13,347 nucleotides of DNA. Origin: Paramicrosporidium saccamoebae KSL3 (taxonomy: Eukaryota; Fungi; Cryptomycota). The stretch is from assembly GCA_002794465.1 (NCBI GenBank), contig MTSL01000208.1, positions 51,493-64,839 of the forward strand. The letters are read 5' to 3'. The position numbers were made by a program, and so were the translations under genes. Shown here piece after piece: positions 9,031 through 13,347 of the stretch (positions are counted from its first letter, which is position 1; each line of letters begins with the position of its first letter). The notes below the pieces were generated by a model. That model saw nothing but the letters and a program-made list of their open reading frames with translations, was not told where the DNA came from and searched no databases.

Positions 9031-9925
9031 CTAAGCTTGGATTTGCCAGAGATTGGGTAGGAAACAGCCGACTATGGCAAAGGGAATGTCAAAGACATCC
9101 TTTCGCACCGTCACCCATAAGGATCCTTGCACCGTTTTGCCATCGGGTCGGAACATTCCCGTCCCAATGCGGAAATACGACACTGCACTATCTACCACAC
9201 ATCGGGAGTACGCCTCCCAATACTCCACCACTCCCCGGTCATCCAATAGCTCTGTCACTGTGCGACCCTCCATCAATGTGGTCGCTGCCCATCCGGTGAT
9301 GATGCAAAACTCGCGGCTTGCCCAGCACACTTCGCCGGTGCGACGCCACACGCAGTACGGGGCGGCAGTTAGTGGGAGGACACGGGCGAGCTCACTGATG
9401 GTGCGTTGGAAGAGTTGTTCAATGAGGAGGAGATCTGTATCGTGCAAAGTGCGCAAAATTGCAATAGAACCCGGCCGGAAACGCGCCATGGCCCGACACA
9501 CCCGTGTCATGCTGTCTCCTTTTAGTCTACCAAATTAGCGCATTAATAAGGAAACCGTCGTTGTAGCATCTCCAGCAGTCGGTAATAGCTCTTTCCATAG
9601 TCAAACGGCCTCATAGTGGCGGCGTAGATGCTCGAGGGCACCTCTTCTGAGGGCGTTGACTTTGCCGACCTTGCCGACCTTGCCAGAAGCATAAGCTCAG
9701 TCTCGGGACTGCCTGGCATTTCCATGTACTTTGCACGTTTCCGTACACCGTCAATACAGTCGGCAGCACGATTCCTTTTCACACAGCTTCCGCACGGCCG
9801 GTCTGCAAACTTAGTATGGCTGACGCAACAGGACGGATACTCTCATCGCACTGATAATGGGACCGTTGACAAGGCAGACATGCCAAATTTGTCTTTTTCT
9901 GCCGACTACCCTTTTCGAAAGCCAT
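9031..9925 (-). CDS. ERT1: Zn(II)2Cys6 plus PAS-like transcription factor of the Ert1/AcuK (Rds2/AcuM-related) family, about 275 aa; exons 9925-9841, 9802-9556, 9526-9031
   Basis: Splicing builds the zinc cluster ACLPCQRSHYQCDENRPCGSCVKRNRAADC, followed by the family motif IDGVRKRAKY. Then come PFDY...LQRR, RFRPGSIAILRTL..TDLLLIEQLFQRT, CVWRRTGEV...EFCIITGW and the terminal RKDVFDIPFAIVGCFLP. Confidence 0.88.
9527..9555 (-). other. Spliceosomal intron, 29 nt, phase 2 (ERT1-like intron 2)
   Basis: GTTTCC...GCTAAT TTGGTAG; joins LQR-R-LKGDSMTRV in frame. Confidence 0.87.
9803..9840 (-). other. Spliceosomal intron, 38 nt, phase 1, inside the zinc cluster (ERT1-like intron 1)
   Basis: GTATCC...ACTAAG TTTGCAG; restores CDE-N-RPC. 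Confidence 0.92.
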
Positions 9926-9960
9926 CAACCTTACAATTTATGAATAATTCATTTATTCAG

Positions 9961-10236
9961 TTATATGTAGAGGGAGAGGTCAAGAGTGAGACTGCGTCGT
10001 CCGAGGAAGAAGCCGATGGCCAGCAAAACGGCATTAGACGCCAATATTGTTGGAATCCCCACTCGTGTATTTGACAACAACTCCCACATACAGTGTTCTT
10101 CGGCCGGGGGAGGCTTATACCAATCAAAGAGCGAATCAAATTCAATGCGCTCAATGTGTGCAGCAATCGGCGCAGAATCTGATGCGGGGAGATGCTCCCA
10201 GGAGCAACTGCTAACCGAAGTAGCGAGATCCGGCAT
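9961..10236 (-). CDS. Small tail-anchored protein resembling BNIP3/NIX mitophagy receptors; at least 91 aa, 5' end unresolved
   Basis: From ATG 10236: MPDLATSVSSCSWEHLP (LIR-like WxxL), EFDSLFDWYKPP, and a C-terminal TM RVGIPTILASNAVLLAIGFFLGRR with a 10-aa tail. AATAAA follows the TAA. A coding ORF is likely; the family call is inference. Confidence 0.6.
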   Translation of the reverse strand: MPDLATSVSSCSWEHLPASDSAPIAAHIERIEFDSLFDWYKPPPAEEHCMWELLSNTRVGIPTILASNAVLLAIGFFLGRRSLTLDLSLYI

Positions 10237-10680
10237 GACGAGTGGATGTCGGACGCGAGGTTGATTGGCGGAGTGTGCCAAGGACCAATCATCTGCAATC
10301 TGGCATAAACAACGATTATAATCCTACCTGATGATACGGTTGGTTGGAGAATGGAATAGTTGGGGCAGTTGGTGAGTGGGGTTTCTGGGAATGGATGTTT
10401 GGATATGGGTGTGTCTAGAAGTAGGTATTCGGAATCGGGATGCTCGAAGCCGAAAGCTCGAAGCAAAAATATTCCAAACTGACATGTTCAGAGCAGAAAC
10501 TCCGCTCTTAGACACCTTTAGCCCTATCGACACTACTAACGTGGCCAATATTTTTACAATACGACCGGCAATAATACCAATCAGCAAGAAATAGCACTGC
10601 CTTTTGTGCATGAAACAGCATTAACTCTGGTCGTGTTCATAATAAGATTGGTCTCTACACTGTGTTATTTACTGCATTTG

Positions 10681-10780
10681 CCATTACACACTAATCCTTC
10701 CATGCCCAATGTCACACACTCGCTATTCTGTGCCCCATGTCACACACTCATTATTCCATGTCCGGTGTCACACAATATTG
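10681..10780. repeat. Degenerate 28-bp tandem repeat, about 3.5 copies, core ATGTCACACACTC
   Basis: Units at 10681, 10709, 10737 and 10765 (partial). The 10709 and 10737 units match at 22/28 and share an exact 13-mer; the 10681 and 10737 units match at 19/28. Confidence 0.72.
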
Positions 10781-10890
10781 CACCTTTTCCGCCCTACACA
10801 TCCTCCACCCCTCACCCACCCCCCAACTACTCCTCATCTGCCCCATCTTTATACATCCCTCATCCCTATCCTCCCCATATTTACACACTT
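10781..10890 (+). promoter_or_regulatory. C/T-rich low-complexity tract upstream of YAK1 (probable promoter or 5' UTR)
   Basis: Almost no G on the + strand, with repeated CCTC/CCATC/CCCC, 80-190 nt upstream of the first in-frame YAK1 ATG. The function is inferred from position only. Confidence 0.4.
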
Positions 10891-10972
10891 AATATGATTG
10901 ACTCTGATATAATAGTGCACATTGACTGAATATAGACCGACCTGGGTGTCATCGACACCGCTCACTCATCCA

Positions 10973-13150
10973 ATGGATGGGTCGCATCCCAAGGGTCCGC
11001 GTCGTCCGCGTCGACCACCACGCCCGTTAAAATTCACCCCGTCGGGCGGCTGGCTGACGACGCCGGTGCACTTTACGGCGCCGCTGGACCGCCCTCATCC
11101 GCCGGCCACGACGACGGCGGTGAAGCTGCTGACCGAGGGACTGTTGGAGATGTTTGCACAATGCAACAGCGCGTTCCGCTTTGACCGTCGTCTGAATCCG
11201 CGACGGGTGCTGACAAAACCGAGTCGACCCGCTCATAATGGGGGACATGACAATGAGAAACACGACTATATTTTGTATGTTAATGACGTCCTCGGCAACG
11301 AGGAAGGCCGCAAATATGTCATCATGGACCTGCTGGGACAGGGAACATTCGGTCAAGTGGTCAAATGCCAAAACGTCAAAACGCGCGAGTTGGTTGCAGT
11401 CAAAGTCATCAAGAACCAGCCGGCCTTTTTCAACCAGTCGATGATGGAGGTGACAGTGTTAGAGATGCTGAACCAACGCTTTGACAAAGACGACAAACAT
11501 CACATTGTGCGTATGCGTGACACCTTTGTCTTTCGACAACATTTGTGCATTGTGGTAGAGTTGCTGTCGTTGAATCTGTACGATTTGATCAAGCAGAATC
11601 AGTATCGCGGCTTTTCCCTGACATTGTGTCGCATTTTCCTGCAACAAATCCTCGATGCTATGCGGGTGCTGAAAGATGCGCGCATCATCCATTGTGATCT
11701 GAAGCCCGAAAACATTTTGCTTAGGAATTTGGAGTCGCCTGCCGTCAAAGTCATTGACTATGGTTCCGCCTGCCATGAACATCAGACGCTGTATACATAT
11801 ATCCAATCGCGTTTTTATCGCTCTCCCGAAGTGCTCCTTGGTCTGCCCTACTCCGCCTCCATTGATATGTGGTCATTGGGCTGCATTGCCGCCGAACTCT
11901 TCCTCGGTCTGCCCATCTTTCCTGGTGCCTCCAACTTTGATCAAATCAATCGTATTGTCCAATCGCTGGGTAATCCGCCAACTCACATGTTGGAGGTTGG
12001 AAAAGACACATTGACCTACTTTGAGCGCATCACGGACAGTGGAGTAAACGAAGGCTATGGAAGTCGCAATGTCAATGTCGCTGATCGTGCAAACAATGCT
12101 CAAGGTAATCGGAGTGTTGATAATGGCATCTCTGATGGTCGCCCTATTGATGGTCGCCCTACTGATGGTCGCCCTACTGACGGTCGTCCCACATTTTTGC
12201 TAAAGTCGCGCGAGAGATATGGTTTGGTAGGCCCATGCATCACATTTTCTGAGATTTAGGACACGAATCGGGTAGAGCCGCCGCCTAAGCAGTATTTTAG
12301 TTCCACCAATTTGGATGAGATCATCCTCAATTATCCCATCCGACCTCGGGACATGTCCGTTAAGGAGAAGGAAGCCGAAATGGCCAATCGTCGCTGTTTC
12401 CTCGACTTTGTGCGTGGATTGCTGAACATTAATCCCATTGAGCGTTGGAGTCCCCTCCAGGCTGCTCAGCATCCCTTTATCACCGGCAAGCCGTATCTCG
12501 GACCCTTTGTACCGCCCATTTCCTCGGCCCCCATTCCCTTGGCCAGTGCAGGCACGGCTCGTGTTCGGGTTGGCAAACAGCGTCCCCGTGCCAACACCCT
12601 CAGTTCATTGTCCCTCCAGGACGTACCGCCTCAGATTCAGCGGCTGGCCGCAAACCGTGACAAAACCATCGCCGTGGGTCCTGCCGACCGACGTGACGCC
12701 ATCCCCGAGGTAGACAATCTTCCCCCCGAAGGCGGCACTCTGCCCTTTGAAACTGACGGGACCTTTAGCGACCCCTCTTCCAAGCAGACTTCTGACAGTC
12801 CTATGGGCAAGCCCGCTGTGGACCGCATGAATGCTTACGTAAGCAATCGAAGGGTCAGCCAACCGGCTGTGGCCGCACGGTATGGCCGTCAGCCCTATGC
12901 AGGAGTGCCCTCATCGGTTCCAAATGCCGTCTGGTATGGCCCGGAGCCGTTTGGAATGTCGCCAGATCCCTCCAAGACGGCGCGACGACGCGGCTCCCTC
13001 CGTCCTGAGCCGGACGGCGTCCCCACCAACACATGGAGTTCGCCACGACGGGCATCAATTGGAGGGGCTAGGAGGAGCGGACTGGGAGGCGACAGTCCGG
13101 AGATGGATGTGGTGGAAGAAGAAAAGGAAGAACGACGGGATCGTGACTGA
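10973..13150 (+). CDS. YAK1: DYRK-family dual-specificity kinase Yak1/YakA, about 714 aa; exons 10973-12226 and 12260-13150
   Basis: Yak-specific N-terminal NPRRVLTKPS...DN...DYILYVNDVLG, then GQGTFGQVVKC, VAVKVIKN, HCDLKPEN, DYG, activation loop YTYIQSRFYRSPE, and FLDFVRGLLNINPIERWSP.QA.QHPFITG. First in-frame ATG is at 10973, with a stop at 10913 upstream. Confidence 0.95.
12134..12193 (+). repeat. In-frame 15-bp coding repeat x4 encoding DGRPI-DGRPT-DGRPT-DGRPT
   Basis: GATGGTCGCCCTATT GATGGTCGCCCTACT GATGGTCGCCCTACT GACGGTCGTCCCACA. Confidence 0.95.
12227..12259 (+). other. Spliceosomal intron, 33 nt, phase 0 (YAK1)
   Basis: GTAGGC...ATTTAG; restores LKSRERYGL-DTNRVEPPPKQYF; the acceptor TAG is the only in-frame stop. 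Confidence 0.87.
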
Positions 13151-13347
13151 CTGTACAATTCAGGGATTGATAAATAATATATTCATGTAATGATGATAGT
13201 GAGGTGGGTGGGATTAATAATAGAATAGATAGCTAGTAAAGTGAATGTCATAGATAGTGGGTAATTAGTAAAGTGAATGGCATTGTGACGTAGAGAACTG
13301 ATTAGCATGGCTTTTGGAAATAGTTCCCTAGTATGGAGAAGGGATAA

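Noticed and set aside
9053-10074. Plus-strand ORFs 9053-9538 and 9628-10074
   Set aside because: They are antisense to the ERT1-like exons and show no motifs of their own.
10062-10091. Stopless 30-nt intron (GTATGT donor) inside the BNIP3-like ORF
   Set aside because: The acceptor would be GAG, whereas all ten supported introns end in YAG, and the retained sequence supplies residues (R-V) that align with the BNIP3 TM flank. It cannot be fully excluded without RNA-seq.
10606-10929. 107-aa Pro/His-rich ORF upstream of YAK1
   Set aside because: It is a translation of the 28-bp repeat and the C/T-rich low-complexity tract, and is better explained as non-coding promoter DNA.
10400-10970. AcuK/AcuM-type CCG-N7-CCG sites that would suggest autoregulation in the shared upstream region
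   Set aside because: I did not find this spacing on either strand by eye, only scattered single CGG/CCG triplets.

Overview
Gene-dense eukaryotic DNA with very short spliceosomal introns (ten modelled by hand, 29-38 nt) and a fungus-type Zn2Cys6 transcription factor. This points to a compacted early-diverging fungus. A Rozellomycota/Cryptomycota organism such as Paramicrosporidium fits, but that is inference only. Recognisable genes in order: DUS2 (-), Ap4A phosphorylase APA1/2 (-, 1 intron), gamma-glutamyltranspeptidase (+, 3 introns), an orphan island with 1 secreted and 2 small single-TM ORFs (-), CCT2 (+, 3 introns, first exon is the ATG alone), a miniature ERT1/AcuK-type regulator (-, 2 introns), an unannotated small tail-anchored ORF (-) and YAK1 kinase (+, 1 intron). 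The best lead is the small ORF at 9961-10236. It carries three BNIP3/NIX hallmarks in the right order (Ser-preceded WxxL LIR, D-x-L-F-D-W-x-x-x-P, and an S-N...GxxxG-RR tail anchor), so it may be an animal-type mitophagy receptor in a fungal-lineage genome. It lies 35 bp from the ERT1 start and divergent from YAK1. Other patterns: every 3n-length intron found is phase 0 and ends in an in-frame TAG, and there are several degenerate intergenic minisatellites (periods 28, 29, 41 and possibly 32 nt). No rRNA, tRNA, CRISPR array or mobile element was recognised. All exon models come from reading frames and family motifs, not transcripts.
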